Positions 63,621 to 64,000 of a DNA stretch of 64,000 bases are shown here, piece after piece. How positions within the stretch are numbered: the stretch's first letter is position 1; every line of letters starts with the position of its first letter. The notes beneath the pieces are model-generated. The model was not told where the DNA came from, searched no databases, and saw nothing but the letters and a program-made list of their open reading frames with translations. The translations under genes and the position numbers were made by a program. The stretch is from Bacteroidales bacterium (lineage in GTDB: Bacteria > Bacteroidota > Bacteroidia > Bacteroidales > P3). The stretch spans positions 3,385 to 67,384 of the forward strand of contig JAFVCA010000050.1 in NCBI GenBank assembly GCA_017479705.1, given 5' to 3'.

Positions 63621-64000
63621 ATGAATACGATAATCATCTTCTCTATATGTGCTGCACTACTTGGTGCGTTAATAACTTTTCTGCTGATGAGAATAAAGAC
63701 ATCTTCAATCATAGAAGGAGGGAAGCACCATTCAGCAGAAATAGAGAACCTTTCCAAACAGTTGAATGAAAAGAATGAAGAATTGACATCATTATCTGAG
63801 AATTTGCAGAAAGCGACTATCGAAAAAAATACAATCCAAAGAGAGTTGGAACTCAAGGAGGACTCTTTGAAAGAGAAAGAGCATGACTTATCAGTTCTTC
63901 AAAACAAGTTAGAGCAGCGGATACACGAAACAGGAAGTGTAAAGGCTGATTATGAAAGCTTAAAGAAGGAAATAGAGCTCACTAAAGAGTACAACACAAA
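63621..64000 (+). CDS. Partial ORF running off the window: N-terminal TM + coiled coil, RmuC-like
   Basis: Not in the ORF track because it has no stop in the window. The ATG at 63621 gives MNTIIIFSICAALLGALITFLLM followed by a long heptad region (EIENLSKQLNEKNEELTSLSENLQKA...). ORF6N-rmuC adjacency is common in Bacteroidales, from memory. Confidence 0.4.
   Translation, partial: MNTIIIFSICAALLGALITFLLMRIKTSSIIEGGKHHSAEIENLSKQLNEKNEELTSLSENLQKATIEKNTIQRELELKEDSLKEKEHDLSVLQNKLEQRIHETGSVKADYESLKKEIELTKEYNT

Overview
High-GC Bacteroidota (Bacteroidales-like) chromosomal segment. The assignment rests on T9SS C-terminal sorting domains, TAnnTTTG -7 promoter boxes, a TonB-dependent receptor behind a TPP riboswitch, and overall gene content. 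About 60 genes are called. Housekeeping genes: gpmA, lgt, rny, zapA, purD, pth, coaX, lptC, lpxD, comEC and a tRNA-Arg/Pro/Ser cluster. Envelope genes: C10 peptidase with T9SS tail, CreD, OmpA-like protein, an ECF sigma operon, and an SGNH-SGNH-MBOAT-LTA synthase cluster. Two things stand out. (1) A visibly AT-rich block of about 9.6 kb (16.1-25.7 kb) sits in the GC-rich backbone. It is a single tightly packed plus-strand gene string: a stand-alone ABC/AAA_21-type ATPase, a three-gene ABC-3C-type module (SMEK-like effector, 74-aa middle component, DUF2326/YydD-like ABC ATPase), and a LlaJI-like m5C methyltransferase + McrB-like + McrC-like restriction module with a truncated DUF1016_N ORF wedged between the two restriction genes. 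A backbone-composition vsr follows. No integrase or transposase is visible. (2) Several families of very short interspersed repeats recur at more than 20 places: heptamer arrays (TTTTCAA)n, octamer arrays (TAACACAT/TCACGAAT)n, a 15-nt GC hairpin GCGGAGAACCTCCGC, and a ~30-nt GC box. They form composite intercistronic cassettes. They supply stop codons, C-terminal tails and apparently start codons. They sit in-frame inside at least three CDSs, including the zinc loop of Vsr, and coincide with a frameshift that splits an LTA-synthase gene. Also noted: a candidate 6S-like sRNA downstream of zapA, an orphan 0.9-kb non-coding region with a 23-bp perfect hairpin, and a duplicated ~120-bp leader-like element. 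All product calls come from motif recognition by eye. No HMM or BLAST search was possible.
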